Assembly (NCBI GenBank): GCA_030770535.1
Contig: JASVEC010000003.1
Location: 1,364,001 to 1,428,000, forward strand
From: Batkoa obscura
Taxonomy: Eukaryota
Length of the DNA stretch: 64,000 bases
Direction of reading: 5' to 3'
The first letter of the stretch is position 1, and every line of letters starts with the position of its first letter. The position numbers and the translations under genes were made by a program. This document shows, in pieces, positions 12,962 through 25,286 of this stretch. Under the pieces are notes generated by a model. That model was given only the letters and a program-made list of their open reading frames with translations, ran no database searches and was not told the DNA's origin.

Positions 12962-14234
12962 TGGTATTTTTACTTTGAAATAAACGAAGGGGTATAATAA
13001 TTATGGAATGAAGTGATAAAAAATTAATGTTGGAATTGGAATTTTAACTTGTAAAATTGATGCTATTGAATTTTATCTATTATTCCTAATTTTTTCAAAT
13101 GAACATAAATTAATAGAAAAAAATAAAAAGATAAAAGTATAAATGAATTATAAATTATTAAAAAAATTAAGTATTTTTTTTCTCGTTAAAAATTACCCTC
13201 AATTGGCTAATCTTTATTTGCTCAAAATAAACGAAGTTTTATTTAACTGTTCGAGAAACCTTGCCAATAAGTTAAATTAATCAAGGTTTTCGAAGTTACG
13301 CAAGTAATTTATGCAATTAAATAGAACTTTTATTAAAAATGAATAGTAATAGTAATATTAGAATTCTATTAAAATGTTTTATTATTATCAGTAAATGGGA
13401 ATGTAGCTATTCATTCTAACCTGCCACCTTTAATTTCTATTTTTAAATCAAAAATTGTACATAATTCTATTTTTAGATTTAAATGAAGCACAATAAGATG
13501 ATAACTTTCCCATTGAAATTAATATTATTGAAAACTTCCTCCTTTATTGAGATGGTTAAAATTATCAAAACATGAAAATGGGTTAGTACTTTGTTATGAT
13601 ATTAAATTTCATTGCTTTTTCTTCCAAAAATGACATAATAAATGTCTGAATTAATGAAGTATTCAACTTTTACATTAAAATAGCAAAAACATAATTTAAA
13701 AAATGAGGATTTAACGTAAAACTTTAAAATATTAAAATAAAGCCACCTTTTGTTATATAATAAGTCATTATTAAAATAATAAAATGAAGTTAGCAACCAG
13801 TAAATAATATGATTTTTTAAATATTATCAACAAATAATTTATTTTTTACTTTAATTTTACTTTAACTGTTTTTTAACTGTAACTTTTTGGGATAATTACA
13901 AGTCATTAAATCATATGGGCAAAACTATCCAATCAGAATAGATCATTGGATTTTAAAAAGTCATCTTTTTATATTGTTCGTTTTGGAAGGAGTTGAATTT
14001 TACATTTTTTTTATCATACAGCATTTTTTACAAGCACAGCTGTTGCAGCTCTTTTATGAACTAGCTAGAGGTAGTTTATATAGTAAAATTGTTTTCTAAA
14101 GATTCAATTGATGGTTAATGCGGATATTTTGATGAATTTTGGTATATATTTTATTTTAAAATGAACAGTTAACTATCTACAAAAAAACTGCAATAGCCAA
14201 AAGCAACGCTTATAAAAAATAACATGTGTATGAT

Positions 14235-14608
14235 ATATGTCGTTAAGTTTATACTAGAAGGTCTTACTTGTCAAACAAAAATACATCTTTGACAAATAAA
14301 AAGATCTTTGCTAAATATTTAGCAAAGATTTATCTTAATTTTATTTTTGCAACTGTATTAGGGCTTAATTATCGGTTTGTTTAAGACTAAAATTTTTCTA
14401 AAACCATGTTGAATTGTGGATTAAGCTTTTAAAAACTAAGTTGACGAATATTTCGCCTTGAAATTACCGCAATTTTGATCACAATAAAGTTGCAAAGTTG
14501 CAATAAAAGTAAACGCCTCTTTAATATTTAGCTTCAAAGCTTTTTATTTGTCAAAGATGTATTTTTCTTTGACAAGTAAGACCTTTTAGCATAAACTTAA
14601 TGACATAT
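14235..14608. mobile_element. MITE/foldback element with ~70 bp terminal inverted repeats
   Basis: 14235-14303 is the imperfect reverse complement of 14540-14608. Confidence 0.75.
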
Positions 14609-14983
14609 TTGTATATAAAATAAAAACAATTTTTTCAGAATTTAAATCGACTAAAAATAGTCAAAATATTGGGACAAAAAAGGTATTTATATTGTAAATA
14701 CATTTAGTAACTATTTTTCATTTAGTTTATAATAACAAAATCGATTCGTTTTTAAACATAGGTTAGCCTTATGTCTCGTTTTACTTCTATAAAAAAATTT
14801 GGAGTTTGTGTCCTTATATACTAATAGCTAAATATAGACATGGTAATTTTATATTGTACTATCAACCCAATTTAAACTTAGGTCAGCATTTAGAGCTTTG
14901 TATTTTCTGAGTATAGAAACAGAAAGGGTCATCATGATTACGTTCAGCTAATTTAAAAATAAAAATACTTGATCCACGTTTAA

Positions 14984-15091
14984 CCCTTTGGGTACCAGAT
15001 ATTCAATCTTTTAGTGTTTGAGTGGATCCTAATATCAAATTTATTTTGTCAATTGTATCATCATATTTTTCGAAATTCAATACCCAAAGGG
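14984..15091. mobile_element. piggyBac-like MITE (108 bp)
   Basis: CCCTTTGGGTA...TACCCAAAGGG 11-bp TIR; flanks TTAA/TTAT. Confidence 0.55.
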
Positions 15092-15305
15092 TTATTTTGA
15101 TTTAAACTACGTAAGCAATGTTCATCATTTTATTTTGATTTAAAACCATATGCGAGCAATGTTCATCATAATTGAATTTTAAATAATAAAAATTTAGTGA
15201 GCAATATTCGTCCACGGTGCTCAAGTGGTTAAAGGATTCAAATAGAGATGCAACACTGATAGCAATAACTAAAACAAATAATAATAAAGTTATAAATAAT
15301 TTTTA

Positions 15306-16510
15306 TTACTGATAAGAATTTACTAGTTGTTTTAAATCTTTAACAACTTGTTCCCAAACCTTGTATAGATTAAAAGCAGTTTCTGTGCTATAAGCTTTAT
15401 AGTAATTAGCCGGGTTCCAAGTAAATTCTAATGGACGAAGCTTCTTAAATCTAGAAGAATAAGCCTCTCTAACACTGAAGCGAACATCGCCTTTAATCGA
15501 AAGTGGTTGTAGAGCAGCTAGATTTTTATCTAAACTAGCATTTTTTAAGCTATCTAAAAGACTATCAATATAATAAACGGTACCACCAGCAAGGGAACCA
15601 ATAGTGGCATCTTTGTTTTTAAGACCACCAAAAGCATAACTCTCAACGTTGTGGAACCCTTGCATACCGTTATTTAGTAAAGTGCAAGTAGATTAACAGA
15701 TAGAGTTGAAAACTAAAGCAATGTTTTCAGTTTTAAGTGGTTTTTTGTCATTAACTAATAAATATCTTAATGAATTGACGCCACATTTTTCTTAGAATTG
15801 AGGAGTATACTGGCTTTTTCTATTATTACCACGATAATAGATCTTGGTGTTAGCAAATGGCTTCCCATCAGGTTGGTTATAGTCGATTGGATTAAAAAAG
15901 CCATTAGTATCATTTCGAGTAAGCTTAACAAGTAAAGGATAATAGTGTATGTCAGTATTAAAAAATTAGTAGAAGCATTTGGGAAGGAATAATCTAACAC
16001 ATTACAACCCCAAAAAATGGTGCCACCACCATTATTACTTATATATAATACTAATTTTTGACTTATCGACTTTTAAGTGCCTTCAAACTATCAATAGTCT
16101 CATTATACCAATCAGATTTTTGTTCAGCTGAAAAGGTAGAAATGTGAATAATACCTATATCATCGGATAAAATGTAAGTTTTTACATAAGTATCATAAAC
16201 AATTACGGTTAAAAGCGGGTTAATCAATCTAGAGTCTTTAAATTCAATTGGAGCTTCAATCGGGATTTTCTTAAGTTCTGGTACTTCTGATAATTGGAAC
16301 TTATTATCACCTCCTTCAAGATTTATTCCTATGAGAGCATCAAGATCAATCACTTCACAATTGTCGTCATAAAAAGACTTAGCATCAGTAAATGGCTTTT
16401 GTACATTTGGAGTAGCAATATAAGTTACAACTACTTCTTTCTCACCATTACCAGCACGAATTCTAAATTTTAAAAATTCATACGAGAGTTGACATCTCTT
16501 GAAGTACCAA
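15306..16510 (-). pseudogene. Peptidase S41-family (CPAF-like) pseudogene fragment
   Basis: Motifs IGIIHISTFS, KKLVL..NNGGG, IC*STC (catalytic C.STC region with a stop), AFGG...SLAGG; stops, frameshifts and a missing 5' part. Confidence 0.7.
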
Positions 16511-16570
16511 CCTGATGTTTAGTATATTCTTAAACAAATTTTTTTAGTACACTTTATATAAAGTATATAT

Positions 16571-16669
16571 GGGGATGTATTTTTGTATTTAAGAATTTTA
16601 CTGACGATTTTTCCGCTCAAATAGCACTTAAAAAACGGAAAAAGTGATGAAGCCAAAAAATACATCCTC
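16571..16669 (+). mobile_element. ~98 bp MITE copy
   Basis: GGGGATGT...ACATCCTC; ATAT TSD. Confidence 0.9.
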
Positions 16670-16779
16670 ATATATATTTAACGTTATTTAATTTAAACAA
16701 ATAAATAAATAATAATTTCATTTTTTAAAATATCAATATAAGTAAATGCTATAACTGTTTAAATTTAATTATGCAATGA

Positions 16780-17260
16780 TGTGAAAGTTGGTACTCAGTG
16801 GTAGGAGTTAAAAACAGTTCTTGGTTGATCAACTTGCCTTGAGTCGAAGGGTCTTAGTTTATGTAACTAAGATAGACTTAAATGAATAAGAATAATACGT
16901 AATAAGTTACGAACTATGTAAAACAAATAGAATAGACAATACTACTGTAAAATCTACGTAAGATGTTGTCAGAAAGACTTAGTGGCTTTATTAATAGTAC
17001 GATATTAGGGAGTAATTCAGTTAAAAAGCCTCGAGTTATCATGTTGAAGAATCTCTTTTATACTCCAACTGGGTGGCTATATATAAGGAGCATTATAACA
17101 GTTATTCCTTATTATAGTTGCCAAGTATGGAGATTAAAACATTGACAATAAGTTCTTCGCGATTACGTGGTAGCAATTCTCACAGCAAATCTAAATAAGG
17201 AACTCTGAATTGATTATTATATTGTAATTAATCCTAGAGCTAATGAAGCGATATTTCACA
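16780..17260 (-). mobile_element. Solo LTR (family A)
   Basis: TGTGAAA...TTTCACA ends; homologous to 53362-53827 and 63100-63567; orientation taken from the PBS beside the 63100 copy. Confidence 0.85.
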
Positions 17261-17892
17261 ATACTTAAAAAAACATATTTAATAAAACTATTAAAAAATT
17301 AAATAGCAAAAGTTGTATAATGATTTTAGATTTTAAACAAAATATGAAAATAAAAACAAGACTAGATCTGATAAATCTAGATCATTATAATAAACAAGTT
17401 ATATTAATATTAGGGTTTGGTATTTTATATTTAAAAAATGATGAAATAATAGGCAAAGTTTATTTTGATTATTTATTTGAAATACTAAATTATGATTCGG
17501 TATATGCAGGAGATTGTTTAATTAATTCAACACCTAAAAAGCTTTTATTTAAGAAGATTATAAAAATTTTTATATATGCAGATACAGGAAATCATTTTAA
17601 ATCTTAAAAGTTTTTATATTACATATTTAAAAAAATTCATAAAATAAATAATAGTTTAAAAATTGACCTTAATTTTTTTGCTGAGCATCATGGAAAAAGT
17701 ATAGTTGATGGACATTTTAGAAATTTTTTACAATGGGGAAATAGTTTTAAAGCATTAAGTAAAATAAAAAATATTAATTAATTAACTTCAAAATCTGAGA
17801 TTTTTATTTATGAGCATAATAAAATTAATAACTCAACTGTTAATAACGGGAAAACAAATATAATTTTTAAAAAGTATGAAAGAGACAAAGAT

Positions 17893-17970
17893 ATAAAAAT
17901 AAAAATAAAAATAAAAATAAAAATAAAAATAAAAATAAAAATAAAAATAAAAATAAAAATAAAAATAAAA
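17893..17970 (+). repeat. (ATAAAA)13 microsatellite inside the transposase frame
   Basis: 78 bp perfect hexamer run encoding Ile-Lys repeats. Confidence 0.9.
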
Positions 17971-18253
17971 ATACAAGGTATTAAAAAGTATCTACATTTT
18001 ATTAAACGTGATAATAAACTACACTGTTATCCAGTATCTGATAGATCAAAAAAAAGCGATATAATTTCAATTAAAGTTATAGAGTCTATAGAAAATAGAA
18101 AAATTAAAAGATCAACCCCAGCTTATGTTACAAAAATAACTGAAAATTTAAAAGTTTCAATATTTAGTAAGCAAGTAAGTAGCTTATTAGATGATAGAAA
18201 TCAATTATTAAATGTCAATATTACTTAAATTATTGATAGCTAAGTTAATAAAT

Positions 18254-18351
18254 GGGGACGTATTTTTTTGTTTAAGAATTTTACTAACAATCTTTCCGCT
18301 CAAATAGCACTCAAGAAGTGTAAAAAATAGTCAAGCTAAAAAAACACCCCC
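18254..18351 (+). mobile_element. ~98 bp MITE inserted in the Sola2-like element
   Basis: AAAT duplicated on both sides; empty site with a single AAAT in the paralogous copy near 62965. Confidence 0.92.
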
Positions 18352-19755
18352 AAATAGTCAAAGAGCAAGTAACTGTAATAATAAACAAAAACTATTATTA
18401 TATTGCTTGTATTATATAGGGATGGTTAATTATAGTTTTGGGGCTAACCGCTCCCTCCCATACAGCTATTTATTAACTTAGTAATATATTAATAATGTAA
18501 TTACAACATTAAAATTATTTATTTATTTGATAGCAAATCTGCAATGTTGGCTATAAAGCAGTCAATAATAAATATTTTTTGATGAAGTTTTATAAAAATA
18601 TATATTTACCTGCATATTACAACTTTGATTAATATCGCTATATAGGCTATATTGGTAAAAGCCTTGCTAATCCGGGAATTTATATTAAATTTAATAAAAA
18701 TTCCGTTAACTTACAATATAACTTATAATAAAATAATTTAAAACTGTGTCGGGTACTTTTGGTTTTTAATAAAGAATTTATTTCTACAGAACTTTGAGTA
18801 AAGTTTTTAAGATATAATATTTAAAAATTGGATAAAAAAATGAAACTAATTCAGACATCCCCAAATCTTGAAACTTGAATAAATAAAATGCAGGTATAAA
18901 AAACTTTTAATTGTAAACTGTTTAAAAAGGTAAAAAACATATTTTGATGTAAACAATATAAAAAAAACCAAAATAGTATTAAATTTAATTACTATTGTGA
19001 AATTACGGATTTTTTGAACCTGTATGGCTTTAGTATAATAGTAAAAATAAAACTTATAAATAAATGAGTGATAGTACAAACAAACATTGGCTAAGTTTAT
19101 TTGGAGATTGAGATTTGTTATATCTGCTAATTCGTATTACTTTTAAATATAACTTTTATAACTTCTTGAAATATCGGATTTATCTTCTCCCAAGCTTTAT
19201 CATTATTGTAATTTAATACTTGAACTAATGATTAATAACTCCATTACTATTTTTGAGTCGACCACACTATAATAAGTAATTTCACCATAGCAAAGATGAG
19301 TTATTGAAAACGGGTACTGAAGGGTCATGAAACCAAATTGTGCGATATTAATTCGAAAATTGTTATAAGTTTATTTATACGTTTAGTGATATTCTTCTTT
19401 ATTTGTTAACTTCATTGAACAAAATTAAGTTCTTTAATTCTATGTATTTAAACAATTTAGTCTCTAATTATTCCGACACATAAAACATGTCATTAATAGT
19501 TATAAATATGACATGAAAAGGAGGCTATATGTATTTTTTTGAAATTGAAGGAAAGTATAGTTAAAGTATATTTAAAGCACAAAACCACATAAGTTAAGTG
19601 AGTCTAATTGATAATTGAGATTCTATGATATTAGTATTAAACTAAGCCCAGAATTTAGTTGAATAAGTACTATATTTTTATGTTTCTGGATTTAAATCTA
19701 GTTGTACTTCGACATTTGTGATAACAGTTATTCTGAGAATGAGACAATTTTAGTA

Positions 19756-19857
19756 GGGTATGATGTTTTTTTTGGTTTCATCACTTTTTGCATTTTTTAA
19801 GCACTATTTGAGCGGAAAGATTGTTGCTGAAATTCTTAAACAAAAAAATACATCCTC
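19756..19857 (-). mobile_element. ~98 bp MITE copy
   Basis: Reverse-complement match to the family. Confidence 0.8.
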
Positions 19858-20777
19858 ATATTGCTAATTTTTTAGAGGGCTTGATACAAAAACTTTAGTG
19901 ATTTGTTAACCAAGGTAAAAGTTGTTTAAACAAAAACAGCAATAATGCTAATGTACCTTAGCAGATTAAAATAAACCACTATTATTTTATAGTTTAATAA
20001 CTGTTTTATTTTTAAATTGTGTTTTCCTATAAAAATTCCAGTTATAGCTTACACCAAAGCTTTTCTACTTAATAATAATAAAAAATCTATTGTTTTTAGC
20101 CTCGCCACTTTCTTAATTTCATTACTATATTGGTGCATTACCAAAAAGATAACTAACATTCCTTTTTTACTACTATTGTATTATCCGCCTTTTAATAAAA
20201 TAAAAAGTTTAAAAGAACAGTAGGATTTATCATGAGAGAATAGTAGAGAGTGATAAACTTGAATTGGGGTACTCTATATTAATACAGTAAAATACACTTT
20301 TAAGAAATAATCTCAATTCTAATTATAGAAATAATTATCAATGTATAGAAAAAAGATTCAGCATTCTATTAATTATATCCTTTCTAGCATTCATATAGTT
20401 TTATTTTAAATAAAATATTTACAATCTCAATATATTACTTTATAATAAGAAGGCTAATGGCGTAAAAATTAATAGAAACATATTAGCGTTGTTTAGGTTT
20501 TATTACTGTATATATTAAATAATTTAAAAAAGCTAAATAAATATTGTTTATTTTTAAATTTGTTATTGTAAAAATAAACTATGCAATTTAAAAAATCTGA
20601 GTTAAAATTAAGTGAACTGGATAAAAGTTATTTTGGATTTTCGGAATTTAGTAAATTGAAAAATTCTTGGATTCTTTCTTTAAGAATAAACTCGCTAATT
20701 CTTGAAAATAGGGGACTATATATACTTTCAAAAAGAAACAACTTATCGTATTACATTATCAAAAATAATTCAAATCG

Positions 20778-21533
20778 ATGAGTACTTCAACTAAGCTAAA
20801 GTCTAAGAAAAATTGTGTTCAAGCTTGCGATGGATGTAAAGTAAAAAAGAGAAAATGTGTAAAGGCAGAGGACGCAATATGTAAAAACTGCAAAAGGCTA
20901 GGCAGCGTATGCACTTATTTAATAAAAAATAACAAACGTGGAAATTCAGGAAATTATAAAAAGAAGTTAGCTTCTACCCCAATGATAGAGGAATCTATGG
21001 TAAGCTATCTAACGAACTCTAGCGATCGCTTTTCTGCTAATACAAGCCCTGAAACTCAATTTACTTCTGCTCCTACTTCTTATACGAATATACCATTATC
21101 TTACCGCAATCGAAGCCCTTTATGTTTGGGAGTAAATTCATTGGATCCAAACCTACCGAATGGCACTTTTTTTGACTATGACATGGAACTAAGTGGATAT
21201 GTAATTAAAGAATATGAGCTAGAAGATTTATTCAAATTAAGCGAAAATTTCCATAAAATACCAAATATCAATTTAATTTCGGTAATATCTGAGCAACAAA
21301 TTAGAGATCTAAGGTTTATACCTTTGACTAATTCAATCCTATTATTATTATACTCTTTAGCTTCAATTACACAGTATTACAGTGATCCCTTAGATATGAA
21401 AGAAGTTTCAGTTTTATATAATAAGAGTCTTAAGCTGTTCCCAGATTGCTCCAATGTTCCCGAAATTGAAACGCCAGTAGTAAATACAGCTGTCTTTATT
21501 TTAAATTGCTTATACTGTAACCTAAATATGTAA
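20778..21533 (+). CDS. Zn(II)2Cys6 fungal transcription factor
   Basis: CDGCKVKKRKCVKAEDAICKNCKRLGSVC six-cysteine binuclear cluster. Confidence 0.9.
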   Translation: MSTSTKLKSKKNCVQACDGCKVKKRKCVKAEDAICKNCKRLGSVCTYLIKNNKRGNSGNYKKKLASTPMIEESMVSYLTNSSDRFSANTSPETQFTSAPTSYTNIPLSYRNRSPLCLGVNSLDPNLPNGTFFDYDMELSGYVIKEYELEDLFKLSENFHKIPNINLISVISEQQIRDLRFIPLTNSILLLLYSLASITQYYSDPLDMKEVSVLYNKSLKLFPDCSNVPEIETPVVNTAVFILNCLYCNLNM

Positions 21534-22842
21534 TTACCTTAATCTTTTATGTCTTACCTTCTTATTATAAATTAAATAATCTTTTATCTCTTATAGTTTT
21601 TCTATTATTTTAGAATATAAAATGACGCTGCAATTTAGAATTTAGAATCATTATTTATACTAGTTTAGTATACCACAAAATTCAAGTTTTATTTAAAATA
21701 TTATCAATATGAATTTTAACATGAACTCTGTTATTAAAACATAATCTTTTTCACTTTATAAGATGAATTTAAAACAAAATAAGACGGTTATAGTCATTAA
21801 TGCACAAAGGGAACACAAATAAAAAATATTGACTAAAATTAAAGATAATCAATTATTTAAACTTGAACTAGAGCTTTATTCTAACAAAATATGAATATAG
21901 ACTTTTATCATGCTGAAGGCCACTCTCTGATAGCACAGAAAATAATTATGGTTATTTTTTAGGCCTTAAATTTGCATTTATGACAACTGTTTGAAATCTA
22001 TGCTTTTATCATAATAAACAACTTCCCCTTTTCTCTTTACCTTTTTTATGTAAAGACTTCTTGCTAGCATTCTAAATTAAAACATAGCACGGAAAATAAT
22101 ACAGATGGTTCGGGTAATATTATGCACTTATTTAAATGTGTAAAAACCTCCAAAAGGTAAAGTTATTTTCCAAAATTACAATAAACTATGAAAGTATTGG
22201 ACTCCTTTACTTCTTTTGTTTTATATCACCCCTTTTGCTATACCTTTTATTTTTTGATTTGAACTATTTACGTTGATAAAGCGCCAATGGGTTTATATAC
22301 ATATGGGTTTTTTAATTATGTAAAATAATAGTAGCTCATATTTAATTATAGTAAAATTACAATCTCGAATTGACTATTTAATAAATGAGCTGTTAGTACT
22401 TTATTTTACATTCAAATAAATCTTTTGTCTTAGTTTCAAAGTTATTTTGTGCCAATTTAATTAATTATAATTAATAATACTTAAATAACTTATATTAAAT
22501 AATAGGAATATACAAAGGTAGACATGGATATTATAGGCTATTAAGCTAATAAAGTAAATTTTATAGTAATAACAAATTAATTACAAGTGCAATTTAAGTA
22601 ATCACAATAGCAGAGGGCAAACATGTAGATCTCATTTAATTGGTGGAAACAGAAAGGTAATACAATGTTTACTAAAATTAGACAATGGGAGCTTGAAAAA
22701 GTTCTTGGAATTATATATTTAATAAATTATAATTAAATTGAAAGTAATTATAGAGAAAATAAGAATTTTTAAAAGTTTTACTTTTTTTTAACTTTGATAG
22801 TTCACTATTTAACTTAATAATACAATAATATAATATACTAAA

Positions 22843-23676
22843 ATGTTATCTGTGGACCAACTTTTAAACCATATATCTAGTAATAATTTTTATAAGAAGT
22901 TTAGTTAATAATCAGCTAACTGAAGTTTAGGTTACACAAATTACATCTTTATAGGATTTGGTATAATCTTAGTAGCCTTTGGTATTGCATTTTTAGTAAT
23001 CAATCGTCGTCTCATTAAATTTCTTTACTTTGTATCTGGTGTTCAAATCTTTGGTAATTACTATAAGCTAATACTTCAAACATTGAATTAACATTTTTTA
23101 TTGACAATAGCAAGTTTATCCTTTTTAATCGGCTCAACTATAATATACTCCAGCAACATTAAAGACCCCAATAATTATACGCCACTTTATATACTATTTG
23201 GTACATCTGCAGGTTTAGGATTAGTTGGTGGTATTCTGGGTGCTTACTTTACAAGATTTGGCTCAATTTTAGTAGGTTTAGCAGGTGGTTTAAATCTATG
23301 GCAATTAGTAGCCGGATTTGTTGAGAACCCTACCCTTAACTTAGTATTTTCCATTTTATTAGCTATTGTAGGTGGTATCTTGTGTGGCTTTTTTAAAAAC
23401 CCAATTGAAGTTGTACTTGCTGCGTTTACAGGGTCTCATTTGTTTACTAAAGGGCTTTTCCTTATCACTCAAAGTGCTATGGTATTATCTGCTTTACCTA
23501 ACCCTAAATTGGTCAAGTATTTATATTTTGCTATGATCGGAGAGGTTTGCTTAAAAGCTTTGATATTTATTATTAATGCTGCTATTCATCTTATGAGATA
23601 CTTTAGTGAAAATGGAGAAACTGTAGATCAAGAAACACCCGAGAGTCAACCAATGTTAGAGCGTGATCAGGAATAA
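22843..23676 (+). CDS. TM7S3/TMEM198-like (DUF4203) membrane protein, 3 exons
   Basis: ATG at 22843; introns 22880-22930 and 23054-23110 join in frame; INRRLIKFLYF and ILVGLAGG motifs shared with the family. Confidence 0.8.
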
Positions 23677-23916
23677 TTGTTCATTTAGTAGCTAGCAATT
23701 TAATGGGATTTGTTTTCATTTTTATATGTATTTTTGAAAATAAAATATTTTAAACTATAGTTTTCATTTTGTTATTTATTAATGATAAGAAATTGTTATT
23801 TAAATTACCAAAATCAGTAATCTGATATGATGAAACGCTTTAAGAAAACATTTTAGAATCCATTCTTTTTATTTCAGCATTTCTTGCACATTTCAAACAA
23901 CCTAAAATATAAAAAA

Positions 23917-24215
23917 TATTAGATTTTCTCATATATCTGCCGCGAAAAGCAAAGGATTTTGTAGAATTTATTCTCAAAGGTAACATATTGCAACAGTGAA
24001 GGTTATTTTTTGCAATGTTGCCGCTATTTCCCAGAAAAAAATAAATCCCAATCGAAAAAATTGCCAATAAGAATGATTTTATACCACGAAAAATTGAGTT
24101 CAGATAAAAATTAGCTCCTTATTAAAAAGCTTAAGGATTGAAGTTACTGTTTTAGCCAAAACCACTACTTTTTTAGGGTTGAATTTTTGCGGCAAATATA
24201 TGGGAAAACCTAATA
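23917..24215. mobile_element. MITE with ~32 bp TIRs and TA ends
   Basis: TATTAGATTTTCTCATATATCTGCCGCGAAAA pairs with TTTTTGCGGCAAATATATGGGAAAACCTAATA; an internal piece recurs near 6755-6790. Confidence 0.65.
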
Positions 24216-24671
24216 CAGGTAAGTTCTTAAATAAAACATGGATATTTGGAGTTTAGATCATTAAGAAATTGAAATACTCATTTATTTAATATCAACAATG
24301 GTGTAAAAAGCATAAAGAAATAAACACTTAACATTAAATTAGAATATCTAACTTTATTATCTAAATAAAAGCATTAATGAGTCCTTTAATAAAATATTAA
24401 TTTTAGCAGTAAAGAGTAGTTAGGAGTCATTTATTTAAAAAACGAGGTAAAAAAGATGTAATTTTTTAACCAACTTAAAAAAATACAAGTATGAAATCTA
24501 ATAAAACTGTAATTACAATTTAAATAGATTAGGTAAAACTCTATGATGAAATAAAATAACGTTTCTGTTTTACCTCATGGGCAACTAATGTAATTAATTG
24601 ACTATGATACGTAATATATATAAATAGTCCGTAAAATAAAATAAAATAGTGCTAAATCAATTCACTATTCA

Positions 24672-25286
24672 ATGCTTTTAGTTTTTATTACTATCTTATT
24701 CTTCTATAATCTATTAATATTATGCATCAATATTCAAGGCCCATTGTTAAATAGTCAAAAAGGTAAGCTATACAGTAAATTAAAGTTAAAACATGATACT
24801 AACTAAAGTATAGATATATTATCTTCTAATGTACCAAATAGTTATAATTTTGATTCAATAAATGATAGCTACGATAGTGATATTGAATGTGAACTAGCAC
24901 ACTTACCTACTAAGTATCCATTTTCCGTTGAAATGAACAAATACGCTTCACATATACCAAAAGGTCAATGTACTGAATGGGCGGATGGTAGATACTATCA
25001 ACTTACCGGCAATCATGCTTTGTTTAATGGCGATGCTTATAGGTGGAATGAATTGGCAAGCAATAATCAAGATTGGAAAGTGAGTAAAGTTCCTAAAGTA
25101 CCATCCATAATGGTAACTGAAAAACATACAAATGGAGCAGGGGAATTCGGCCATGTCTCTATAGTGGAATCTATTATTGACCAAAATACAGTGTGTACCT
25201 CAAATTGGAATTTTCCTCAAAGAGGCAAACTTACGCTTAAAAAAGTTAGGATTATTCCTTCTACTTCGTTCATTTATCATAGATAG
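24672..25286 (+). CDS. Secreted CHAP-domain (cysteine/histidine amidohydrolase-peptidase) protein, 2 exons, ~187 aa
   Basis: Signal-peptide exon 24672-24762; intron 24763-24813 (GTAAGC..ACTAAC..TAG); GQCTEWA, GDAYRW, GHVSIVE and SNWN CHAP motifs. Confidence 0.85.

Larger units (their letters stand above)
17261..18862 (+). mobile_element. Sola2-like DDD transposon remnant (pseudo-transposase to ~18228 plus right end)
   Basis: Read through stops in one frame: ILDFKQN...YADTGNHFKS*...NFFAEHHGKSIVDGHF...IQGIKKYLHF; terminus GACATCCCC; 18120-18862 recurs inverted at 62543-63099. Confidence 0.75.

Noticed and set aside
13250..13294. TTCGAGAAACCTTG...CAAGGTTTTCGAA inverted repeat or heat-shock-element-like site upstream of the 12961 gene
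   Set aside because: Short and single; cannot be told from chance.
16963..17145. Similar short ORFs MLSERLS... at 16963 and 63199
   Set aside because: Both lie within copies of the same LTR; the 53362 copy lacks the ATG. Not genes.
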